From contig JAFGMP010000236.1 of NCBI GenBank assembly GCA_016927495.1, positions 1-15,584 on the forward strand: a stretch of 15,584 nucleotides of DNA, given 5' to 3'. Positions 1-7,438 of this stretch are shown piece by piece (the stretch's first letter is position 1; every line of letters starts with the position of its first letter). Both the position numbers and the translations under genes were made by a program. The notes beneath the pieces are model-generated. The model was given only the letters and a program-made list of their open reading frames with translations. It was not told the origin of the DNA and did no database searches. This DNA is from Candidatus Latescibacterota bacterium (GTDB lineage Bacteria; Latescibacterota; Latescibacteria; Latescibacterales; Latescibacteraceae).

Positions 1-15
1 ATTTTGGATATTGTA

Positions 16-1998
16 TCAATAAGGCGCCCACGATGTAATATGTCCGATAAGCGGTGTGTACGGCGGCTGTCCTGCAGGAGTAGAAAGATCGGGATCGTAC
101 ATATAAACGCGAACAGGAGGATTGTATCCTGTTTTTTGCACCCACGCAAGTTCATCGGTCTGTATTCCCGAATTATCGAGATTCGCACACATTACAGCGC
201 CATCAAGATGAACTACAGAGCCGAATTTTGTCAGCGTTTTTCCCGACCAGTTCTCCACAAGATCATCACAGTTTGCCCATGGATCACCACTATTATTGGG
301 GTCATTGTATCCTGCCGCGGTTTTCGGGGATTCGGGATTATATCTGACTATACCGCTCCAGTCATATCTGTTGTTATCATCACGGTCAGCCCAGTTATAT
401 TCATCAACAGTAGGCGCACCATCAACAAGTGCCGCATTAATTCTTGTATTAACTGCGCTTCTGTTTTTGGAATTTGTCGACTGAGCATCGCTGAATATAC
501 CGCTTAAATGATATATTCTGTGTACAGTCATAATTGCGCAGCCTTTTTTCTCTATTGTGTTAAAATCTCCCAATGTATATATGGTCCTGCAACTTGAAAC
601 CATTAATTTGTTCTGAAGTTTTGCTGTGTTTTTTAGCCTAACGGGCACATCACAGTATATTAAACCGTTTGAAGGCCAGTCGTTTGTTGTTGCTTCCTTA
701 AATAAAATACCGTCTGTAGCGCCACCGGTTACAGACTCACTGACTATGATATTAGTATTACCTCCGGCGTTAACTGCACTAACAACGGTATATGCATTAT
801 TCAAAGCGGTTCTTGTAAAACAACTGACGACATAAACGGCATCGCCGGCGTTATATTCGGTTTCATGATTGCCTAAAATGGTAATTCTTTTCGTTGCACC
901 GTCAGACGCAACTACGGAATAATCGGCTCCGCCGGAAATCAGATCGGCAAAATCAATCTCCCAGGCTGTTATCCACCGCTGTTCATTCCAGTTCCAGAAT
1001 GTCACTTGACTGCACCATGGTTCTGTTGAATGTGTTGTATTATTGATGTGGAGTTGAGCTTCCTGGTCATAATACTCACCGGGGTTAAGGTTTTGAACGG
1101 GAGGAGGCGACTTATATGGCACTTTGTCACGTACTACACCACCCCAGAGAGCTTTCGCACCAACTGTTTTGTCAGTCCAGTTTGCATTGTATGAGTCGAA
1201 TGCCAGACCCTCTGAACCACGAGGACTGCCGGGTTCCATTTCAATCCAGATACCGGATCCTTCACTATTTTTCGTTATTTCACATGCACCACTTGTATCA
1301 GGTCGGCCCCAGGCGTCTCTGCTTCGTATCATATTTCCGGTTGCTGTTACGGAAGATGAATTTATTCGTAAGGTTGCACCGGTTGGCCTTATATACATAT
1401 GCCCGTTTGCATGTACTTTACCCCTTATTTCCTGCGAGGCTCCACGGGTGAATTCACCAAGGTCCCTTGAGGCAAAATAAGAAAACTGGAACATTGTCTC
1501 AATCTCACCCTGAGCCCTTGTACGCTTTCGAATTTTGTCATACCATCCCTCAGACTCAATGATAAAAGAGAAGTTTGAGGTATAGTATACTCTGAACTTA
1601 AAACCGTGACGTTTGTCGGTGTCCCACATGGGATCATAGCCTTTCGATGAATCCCATTCCCATACATAACTACCGTCACTATCGATATAATAATTCGCAA
1701 GAGATGTTGGCAGAAGATCTTCACCGGTTTCCGATTGTGCCATATCGAGCGTATGAGTTGTTTGAAGAAAACCTGTATTGATGAATTCACGATATGCAAC
1801 ACGAGCACCTATTTCAGCCATATTCCGAGCCTGCATATTTATTTCGTAGTTACGGGATAGTGCAGCGTTTGTCGACGTACTTGTTATCACCCCGACACCT
1901 ACAACTGTTAGAGTCATGAGGATTACAAGCACGAGAACAAGGGCAAATCCCCGTTCTGAATTGCTACATCGATTAATCATAGATCTAATACTAACCAT
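16..1998 (-). CDS. Large PilX-like type IV pilus minor pilin / pilus-associated protein (660 aa)
   Basis: The ATG at 1998 lies 13 nt downstream of the PilW-like stop. The N-terminus NSERGFALVLVLVILMTLTVVGVGV has the PilX_N-like hydrophobic helix that follows a short polar leader. The ~500-aa C-terminal region is rich in W, Y, N, D and G and was not recognised. Gene order fimT-pilV-pilW-pilX matches canonical minor-pilin operons. Confidence 0.6.
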   Translation of the reverse strand: MVSIRSMINRCSNSERGFALVLVLVILMTLTVVGVGVITSTSTNAALSRNYEINMQARNMAEIGARVAYREFINTGFLQTTHTLDMAQSETGEDLLPTSLANYYIDSDGSYVWEWDSSKGYDPMWDTDKRHGFKFRVYYTSNFSFIIESEGWYDKIRKRTRAQGEIETMFQFSYFASRDLGEFTRGASQEIRGKVHANGHMYIRPTGATLRINSSSVTATGNMIRSRDAWGRPDTSGACEITKNSEGSGIWIEMEPGSPRGSEGLAFDSYNANWTDKTVGAKALWGGVVRDKVPYKSPPPVQNLNPGEYYDQEAQLHINNTTHSTEPWCSQVTFWNWNEQRWITAWEIDFADLISGGADYSVVASDGATKRITILGNHETEYNAGDAVYVVSCFTRTALNNAYTVVSAVNAGGNTNIIVSESVTGGATDGILFKEATTNDWPSNGLIYCDVPVRLKNTAKLQNKLMVSSCRTIYTLGDFNTIEKKGCAIMTVHRIYHLSGIFSDAQSTNSKNRSAVNTRINAALVDGAPTVDEYNWADRDDNNRYDWSGIVRYNPESPKTAAGYNDPNNSGDPWANCDDLVENWSGKTLTKFGSVVHLDGAVMCANLDNSGIQTDELAWVQKTGYNPPVRVYMYDPDLSTPAGQPPYTPLIGHITSWAPY

Positions 1999-2011
1999 AT
2001 TCTCACACCTT

Positions 2012-2890
2012 TTAGATGATAACTATGTTCTGAGGAATTACCAGGCCTTTAATTTCGACACGTCTGTAACCATCACCATATACAGGATCAATATAATTCG
2101 GTATCGGTTCGGATGTTTTTGAACGCAATGTCATTTCAATTTCCCTTATATCATAAATCTCATCAGGTTCCGGCTCTGTAATCCATGAGCCATCTTTCAT
2201 ATTGAACCGAATCTGAAAGTCTTCAACATCCCCAAGAAGAATTTGCGGATCATATGCCTGATGTTTTAGCATTAAATTTATTCTGCCTTCATCGTCCGTA
2301 TCGACATAAAAAGTAAGATGAGTAACAACCTGTATCGAACTGCCTGTATTATAAACATGGTCAAGTTGATTGTCATCATTCCAGGGCAGCGATGCATCAT
2401 GCCACAGTGTGGTTGAGTTTTTATTTGTAACTATAAATATTTCCGTAAATGTGCCATCAGAGATTACACACAGATCTCCTGTTTCAATTTCATCCGTGGA
2501 ATTACATTTAATCTGATCACCTTCACTTGCCATATTCTGGGTTGTTGTCACCGTGACTGCTTTGAAACTACCCATGATTGTTAATGAATCAGGGCTATCA
2601 TCAACACCATCGACAGCTTCTATCACAGCCCATCCGCTTGTAGGTGGTACTCCATTACCTGCCAATCTCACATGGTCATAAAGGAAATTCATAGCCCACC
2701 GTAATTCCTGCTGCATTTCGGATTCCTGACGTTTAACACTAAAACGTGTAACCTGATCAGCCATGAACTGAAACATTAACACTGCGAGTATTGAACCTAT
2801 GGTCATAGCGACCAGAAGTTCCGCAATAGTCATACCCTTTTCATTGTTACGAAAACGAGGTCTATTTATACCAATCAATTTTTTTTGCAT
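2012..2890 (-). CDS. PilW-like type IV pilus minor pilin (prepilin-type N-terminal cleavage/methylation domain)
   Basis: Leader MQKKLIGINRPRFRNNEKG, then MTIAELLVAMTIGSILAVL (G-1, E+5), then QVTRFSVKRQESEMQQELRWAMNFLYDHVRLAG, which is typical of PilW. The ORF track starts at an in-frame GTG at 2902. I prefer the ATG at 2890, which has a GGGGAG about 11 nt upstream. Confidence 0.6.
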   Translation of the reverse strand: MQKKLIGINRPRFRNNEKGMTIAELLVAMTIGSILAVLMFQFMADQVTRFSVKRQESEMQQELRWAMNFLYDHVRLAGNGVPPTSGWAVIEAVDGVDDSPDSLTIMGSFKAVTVTTTQNMASEGDQIKCNSTDEIETGDLCVISDGTFTEIFIVTNKNSTTLWHDASLPWNDDNQLDHVYNTGSSIQVVTHLTFYVDTDDEGRINLMLKHQAYDPQILLGDVEDFQIRFNMKDGSWITEPEPDEIYDIREIEMTLRSKTSEPIPNYIDPVYGDGYRRVEIKGLVIPQNIVII

Positions 2891-2929
2891 TACGGCATTC
2901 ACTCCCCAAAATTTAACCGAATAATGAAG

Positions 2930-3340
2930 TTAGTTGCTCTGATCGATACATACCGATGTAAGCGTAACTGTCTCAAGATTTCCAGTTGTACTCTCCCATT
3001 GAACTTTGGATGTAATTAACTTAGACCTTGGTATGGGATTCAGGTCATCTATTGTCCAAAACTGGTAGAAAACCCCGTTTGAATCACCGGTCGCGTTTAC
3101 CGGGTTCAGAGGATTCTCATAAGAGTTTTCTGCAAGATTTGGGTTCTCGTAGCCATCCGTCAAAAGTTGTTCAATTTTATTTTGAGCAAGCAAGACAGCC
3201 TGTGTGTGACGCTGGCTGTGAAAATTCCTTTGTACAATTTCCGATATTATCGAACCGACAATTCCAATTCCCACAACAAGAATCACCGAGGCCATTATCA
3301 CTTCGATCAGAGTGAAACCTTTTTCAGAGTTGTATTTCAT
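2930..3340 (-). CDS. PilV-like type IV pilus minor pilin
   Basis: N-terminus MKYNSEKGFTLIEVIMASVILVVGIGIV is a class III prepilin signal (G|FTLIE). TQAVLLAQNKIEQL follows, as in PilV. The start overlaps the upstream gene's stop as ATGA (3337-3340). Confidence 0.65.
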   Translation of the reverse strand: MKYNSEKGFTLIEVIMASVILVVGIGIVGSIISEIVQRNFHSQRHTQAVLLAQNKIEQLLTDGYENPNLAENSYENPLNPVNATGDSNGVFYQFWTIDDLNPIPRSKLITSKVQWESTTGNLETVTLTSVCIDQSN

Positions 3341-3822
3341 AAGTTTCTCTCCCGTATCCTGCCGGTAAGATAGTTTAATTCAACTTTTGTCGAATCTATC
3401 GAACTGTTAGTAATTATTATAGTCCCAGTCATTTCACCTCCTGTTAAACAGGATTTTTCAAGTTGTCCGAATTCATTAAATATGACAAGCCAATCCTCAA
3501 AATTATTCTCACTAATGGAAATTCCTGATTCAAGACTGTAACCGGCACCCCTGATTTCATTTGCACCTTCAGGATCACGAATGATATAAAAGTTACCGCT
3601 TCCGCCCTCATCGAATTGAACACCGTACGGTTCCGCTTCATTTACAGCCTTCATTCTGGCAGTGTAAAGTGATGCGGTCACCGTTGCAGTACTTGTGCGA
3701 AGTTTATCCTTTTTGAATACAAGATTAAGTGATGGTACCGCCAAACCTGCCATAATACCAATAACAACCATGACAATCATTAATTCAACGAAAGAAAAAC
3801 CGGATTCATTTGGCTTCATCAT
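3337..3822 (-). CDS. FimT/FimU/GspH-like minor pilin (pseudopilin)
   Basis: N-terminus MMKPNESGFSFVELMIVMVVIGIMAGLAVPSL has the prepilin cleavage/methylation motif (G|FSFVE). The following region, LNLVFKKDKLRTSTATVTASLYTARMKAV, resembles the GspH/FimT family. It is the first gene of the pilin operon and has a GAGAG upstream. Confidence 0.65.
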   Translation of the reverse strand: MMKPNESGFSFVELMIVMVVIGIMAGLAVPSLNLVFKKDKLRTSTATVTASLYTARMKAVNEAEPYGVQFDEGGSGNFYIIRDPEGANEIRGAGYSLESGISISENNFEDWLVIFNEFGQLEKSCLTGGEMTGTIIITNSSIDSTKVELNYLTGRIRERNL

Positions 3823-4190
3823 AGCACTCTCTTTAATAACATATATAAATCAAGTCGGGTTAAGTTTTTCAACATCACCTATTGTTTCTTGTAGCAAAAC
3901 GATACAAAATTTTCATTTCGGGACACTTTGATCAATACTAATTTTTTTAAATTGTTAAACCTACGCTATATAGTATATTCTATTTTTTCCTTTTGTAAAT
4001 AGAAGTTTTCTGCTTAAGCTTTTCATTTGATACATTCATTTTTCCAATGTTTTATTTGATTTTTATGATGTATTTAACGCAAAAAACATGCCGTTTAAAA
4101 AAATAAAATTGCACGGAAACCAGGTATGTTGTATTTTTTGCCTTAATAAATCACAACAATGTATTAATTTCTCTGAAAAGAAAGAATGGT
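3823..4190. promoter_or_regulatory. AT-rich divergent intergenic region between the pilin operon and the pfkB kinase gene; candidate sigma70-like promoter for the kinase is TTGCAC(4109-4114)-17 nt-TATTTT(4132-4137)
   Basis: A 368-nt very AT-rich non-coding spacer lies between divergently oriented genes. The -35/-10-like hexamers with 17-nt spacing were read directly. No experimental support. Confidence 0.25.
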
Positions 4191-5102
4191 ATGATCGCAG
4201 CAATCGGTATATCGGTACTCGATACGATAATGGTGATGGACGGTTTTAAATCCGCTGAGGGATCGTATCACTGTGAGAAACTTATCATTGAAGGCGGCGG
4301 TATGGCTGCAACCGCCCTTTGTACGGCTTCAAAGCTTGGTTCGCAAACACGTCTGTTTTCAAGGATTGGAAACGATGTATTCGGCAAACGGCTGCTGGAA
4401 GAGCTGAGAGATTTCGGGGTTGACATTTCGGGGACAATAACGCTAAAAAACAGAAATACTACCGCTTCTGTTGTGTTTGTCGATTTAAATACCGGAGAAA
4501 AACAATTTTATTCGGAATGGGATAAATCCGCATACATAGATTCCTGCTCACTTAATGTCAATTTGCTCGAAGGTGTTAAAATCATGCTTGTGGACGGACA
4601 TTGGACAGAAGGAGCATATGAGGGTCTTGTATGGGCCCGCGCACAGGAAATTCCTGTAGTTGCCGATTTTAAAAGAAAGTATAATGGCATCGAAAAATTA
4701 TTTCCCTTCATCGATTATTTCATCATACCGATGTTTTTTGCCGAAGAAATAACCGGAGAAAAAAAAACGGATCGAATGCTTCATAAACTTACCGAGCTGC
4801 AGCCGGGCATCCCGGTTATAACTTGCGGAGTTCAGGGAGGAGCATATATCGTCGAAAATGATATCAAACGTTACAAGGCATTTCCTATAAAAGCAGTTGA
4901 TTCAACAGGAGCGGGTGACGCTTTCCATGGGGCATTTTGCCATTTCATTTCCCATGGTGTAGAACTGTCCCGCTGTCTGGAATTATCTTCTGCTGTTGGC
5001 GCACTCAACTGTCGTGCCCACGGTGGTAGATCTGCTCTTCCGTCACGAGAAGAACTAAAGGTTTTTCTTAAAAATCATAATGTGGATCCGGAATTTCCAT
5101 AA
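4191..5102 (+). CDS. pfkB/ribokinase-family carbohydrate kinase
   Basis: An N-terminal beta-strand plus GG motif (IGISVLDTIMV...EGGGMAATALCTASKLG) and a C-terminal anion-hole/catalytic motif DSTGAGDAFHGAF (DTxGAGD) are diagnostic of the ribokinase/pfkB superfamily. Length is 303 aa. Confidence 0.8.
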   Translation: MIAAIGISVLDTIMVMDGFKSAEGSYHCEKLIIEGGGMAATALCTASKLGSQTRLFSRIGNDVFGKRLLEELRDFGVDISGTITLKNRNTTASVVFVDLNTGEKQFYSEWDKSAYIDSCSLNVNLLEGVKIMLVDGHWTEGAYEGLVWARAQEIPVVADFKRKYNGIEKLFPFIDYFIIPMFFAEEITGEKKTDRMLHKLTELQPGIPVITCGVQGGAYIVENDIKRYKAFPIKAVDSTGAGDAFHGAFCHFISHGVELSRCLELSSAVGALNCRAHGGRSALPSREELKVFLKNHNVDPEFP

Positions 5103-5228
5103 GTTCCTAAAATTCAAAATGCTATTTCCAAATGATCTTTTCCGAACATGTACTGATTCTGAGTATTAAACAACCTCAAATATAAAAAGAGTATTTACAC
5201 AAGTTTTCAAAATTCATTATCTCACTTA

Positions 5229-5257
5229 TTGACTTTCTACAGGTTAATTCGTATCTT
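5229..5257 (+). promoter_or_regulatory. Candidate sigma70-type promoter of the small basic ORF: TTGACT(5229-5234)-17 nt-TATCTT(5252-5257)
   Basis: Hexamers with 17-nt spacing were read directly. They sit about 55 nt upstream of ATG 5311, and GGAGG lies at 5302-5306. Confidence 0.3.
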
Positions 5258-5310
5258 TGATAAAAGCTTATAAACAAATAAAAATGATTACAAGTAGTGT
5301 CGGAGGTTAT

Positions 5311-5436
5311 ATGGGTAACAGAAAATTGAGAAAAGCTGAAATACGGCAAAGGCGTCAACGACGCGAAAAACGTCAGAAACAGAAAAAAAATGAATTGATT
5401 ATGAAAGCACAGGAAAAAAAAGATAAAAAGGATTGA
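5311..5436 (+). CDS. Small (41 aa) extremely basic Arg/Lys-rich protein, MGNRKLRKAEIRQRRQRREKRQKQKKNELIMKAQEKKDKKD
   Basis: This ORF is not in the six-frame track because it is under 60 aa. GGAGG lies 4 nt upstream of the ATG, a candidate promoter is upstream, and a strong hairpin+T8 terminator lies 76 nt downstream. Composition is about 50% K/R. It may be a ribosome- or nucleic-acid-associated small protein, but it could also be non-coding. Confidence 0.4.
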   Translation: MGNRKLRKAEIRQRRQRREKRQKQKKNELIMKAQEKKDKKD

Positions 5437-5511
5437 AACTTTTTTCCTGTTCAGGCATATTAAATACAGGTCGACAAAAAATTGCGCTGTCGGCCGTAGA
5501 ACCTCCCTTTC

Positions 5512-5545
5512 GAAACCCCGGTTGTATTTGACCGGGGTTTTTTTT
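5512..5545. terminator. Rho-independent terminator hairpin (9-bp GC-rich stem AACCCCGGT/ACCGGGGTT, 8-nt loop) followed by T8 on the plus strand; A-run on the other side allows weaker bidirectional function for the convergent BMC operon
   Basis: Stem 5514-5522 pairs with 5531-5539, loop is tgtatttg, and the T-run is 5538-5545. The site lies between the convergent small ORF (plus) and the aldehyde dehydrogenase gene (minus, ends 5630). On the minus strand the stem is followed only by TTTC. Confidence 0.6.
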
Positions 5546-5629
5546 GCTCAATAAAAAATGCGCACCGTTCTTTTTCAAAAACACGTACGCATATTTATTA
5601 TTTGCTTCGATATTCTTTCTCAGTCAATC

Positions 5630-7114
5630 TCAGACAAACCGCAGACTCCCTGCTATCGCCAGACGTCTGATTTTACAGAAATTAATCGGTGATGTGACGC
5701 CCTCACCGGTAGGAGTTGCGATTGTGAAAGCCATATACGCTTCGCCATCATCAGGACCGTCACCCTGATTACTGTAGCCGTTTGCCACCACAATTGTTGT
5801 ATTCATTGCTTTGGCAAAAGTTGTAATACGATCCATGTCTTTCGAATGAATGAGCGCCGTATGTCGATACCCATGTTCTGCTTCCAGACAACACTGTAAA
5901 CCGTCATCGAAATCTTTAACCCTGACAATAGGAAGAAGCGGCATCATCTGTTCTTCTTTTACTAACAGATTATCCTTGTCCGTTTCACCGAAAAGGAGAC
6001 GTGTACCCTCGGGAATGTTTAACTTCACAAGATCGGCAAGATAACTGGTGCTTCTGCCCACCATCTCACGATTAAGTACATGACCGCCTTTTTCGTTTGA
6101 AATAAAAGCTTTTTTGGTCAACAGGTCCATATGAATACTTTCGATTTTTACAGCGCCGGCTTTTTCCATCGCCATCATAAACCTGTCAAAAACGGATTCT
6201 ACAACAAAGACCTCTTTTTCAGCGATACAGAGGAGATTATTATCAAACGAAGCGCCTCTGATAATATCCCGTGCGGCTTTTTCAATATTGGCTGTTTCAT
6301 CGACCAGAACCGGCGGATTTCCGGGACCTGCGGCTATCACCTTTTTATCGGTGGCCATAGCAGCTTTAACAACACCCGGTCCTCCGGTTATCGACAATAA
6401 CGCGACATCAGGATGGTTGAACATGCTATTCGCCGTCTCGATTGTCGGATTCTCCACACAGGTAATAAGGTTTTCCGGAAAACCTCCCGCAACTATAGCT
6501 TTATGGAATATCTGCAGAGCATAGGCGCTTATTTTTTTTGCTCCGGGGTGAGGATTGAAAATTACAGTGTTACCCCCGGCAAGCATAATGATCGCGTTGT
6601 TGACCAACGTGGGAACCGGATGCGTGGACGGAGTTATTGCTCCTATTATCCCGAATGGCGCAAATTCCTCGATCGTGACGCCGGTTTCTCCCGACCATGA
6701 CCGTGAAACAAGATTCTCGGTACCGGGTGAATTTTTTGCGCAGTTTCTGTGTTTTAAAATCTTGTCTCTGATGTTCCCCATGCCGGTTTCTTCGAAAGTC
6801 ATCTTGCTGAATTCTTCTGCATAATCCAAAGTGACCCTGCGCAGGATACCGATGAGACGTTCACGTTCTCTGACACCAAATTTATTAAATTCAAAAAATG
6901 CTCTTTTGGATGCTGCAATTGCATCTTCCATACGGTCGAATACACCATCTTTGCCGCGTAAACCGGCCGATGATGCAACTGGTCTCATGGATTGTGGCGA
7001 TAAAGATGGTGTTACTGCACCCGATCCGGCTTTGGGTAGCGCCGTTCCGGACGTTTTTGCCACCGATGCAACAACAGATTCAACTATGCTTCTGATTTGT
7101 TGTTCGTCAATCAT
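5630..7114 (-). CDS. CoA-acylating aldehyde dehydrogenase (EutE/PduP family) with N-terminal encapsulation peptide
   Basis: The ALDH fold starts at GVFDRMEDAIAASKRAF. The catalytic Cys lies in FDNNLLCIAEKE. A ~55-aa N-terminal extension (amphipathic helix IDEQQIRSIVESVVASV plus an S/P/A/G-rich linker) is typical of BMC-targeted AldDH. AAGAGG lies 8 nt upstream of the ATG. Confidence 0.9.
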   Translation of the reverse strand: MIDEQQIRSIVESVVASVAKTSGTALPKAGSGAVTPSLSPQSMRPVASSAGLRGKDGVFDRMEDAIAASKRAFFEFNKFGVRERERLIGILRRVTLDYAEEFSKMTFEETGMGNIRDKILKHRNCAKNSPGTENLVSRSWSGETGVTIEEFAPFGIIGAITPSTHPVPTLVNNAIIMLAGGNTVIFNPHPGAKKISAYALQIFHKAIVAGGFPENLITCVENPTIETANSMFNHPDVALLSITGGPGVVKAAMATDKKVIAAGPGNPPVLVDETANIEKAARDIIRGASFDNNLLCIAEKEVFVVESVFDRFMMAMEKAGAVKIESIHMDLLTKKAFISNEKGGHVLNREMVGRSTSYLADLVKLNIPEGTRLLFGETDKDNLLVKEEQMMPLLPIVRVKDFDDGLQCCLEAEHGYRHTALIHSKDMDRITTFAKAMNTTIVVANGYSNQGDGPDDGEAYMAFTIATPTGEGVTSPINFCKIRRLAIAGSLRFV

Positions 7115-7140
7115 AATTTAACCTCTTATCACATTCGTAA

Positions 7141-7413
7141 TTACACCATCTGTTCCATGTCTTCATGCGGGCTTGCAATAACCTGTGTGGCAACAACTTC
7201 TCCTACACGGGCTGCGGCTTCGGTTCCGGCCTCAACTGCCGCTTTTACTGCAGCGACATCACCCCTGACCATAACCGCAATATATCCGCTTCCCGTTTTT
7301 TTGTAGCCCTGAAGACTCACCGAAGCGGCTTTGAGCATTGCATCAGCGCCTTCCACTGCGGCTATGAAACCTCTTGTCTCTATAAATCCTAATGCTCTTC
7401 CTGTAACTGCCAT
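7141..7413 (-). CDS. BMC-H hexameric shell protein (Pfam00936, PduA/EutM-like)
   Basis: MAVTGRALGFIETRGFIAAVEGADAMLKAASVSL...GDVAAVKAAVEAG is a canonical single BMC domain. AGGAGG lies 5 nt upstream. Confidence 0.9.
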   Translation of the reverse strand: MAVTGRALGFIETRGFIAAVEGADAMLKAASVSLQGYKKTGSGYIAVMVRGDVAAVKAAVEAGTEAAARVGEVVATQVIASPHEDMEQMV

Positions 7414-7438
7414 TGTATCCTCCTGGTTTCATGACATT

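Noticed and set aside
4-507. 167-aa plus-strand ORF (and other plus-strand ORFs 296-484, 626-835, 1116-1480) inside the PilX-like gene
   Set aside because: They are entirely antisense to, or overlapping, a long minus-strand gene with clear pilin homology. The peptides are low-complexity and Cys/Arg-rich, with no recognisable motifs. They are shadow ORFs.
5176-5768. Short ORFs 5176-5358(-), 5399-5584(-), 5544-5768(+) around the terminator region
   Set aside because: They overlap the better-supported small basic ORF, the promoter and the terminator hairpin, or the 3' end of the AldDH gene. They have no SD and their composition is driven by A/T runs.
5850-7121. Cluster of plus-strand ORFs (5850-6044, 6131-6400, 6288-6524, 6413-6700, 6555-6824, 6831-7121, 6898-7095) antisense to the aldehyde dehydrogenase
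   Set aside because: The minus-strand frame encodes a full-length, motif-complete EutE/PduP-type AldDH. The antisense ORFs are typical of GC-skewed codon position 3 and have no homology signal.
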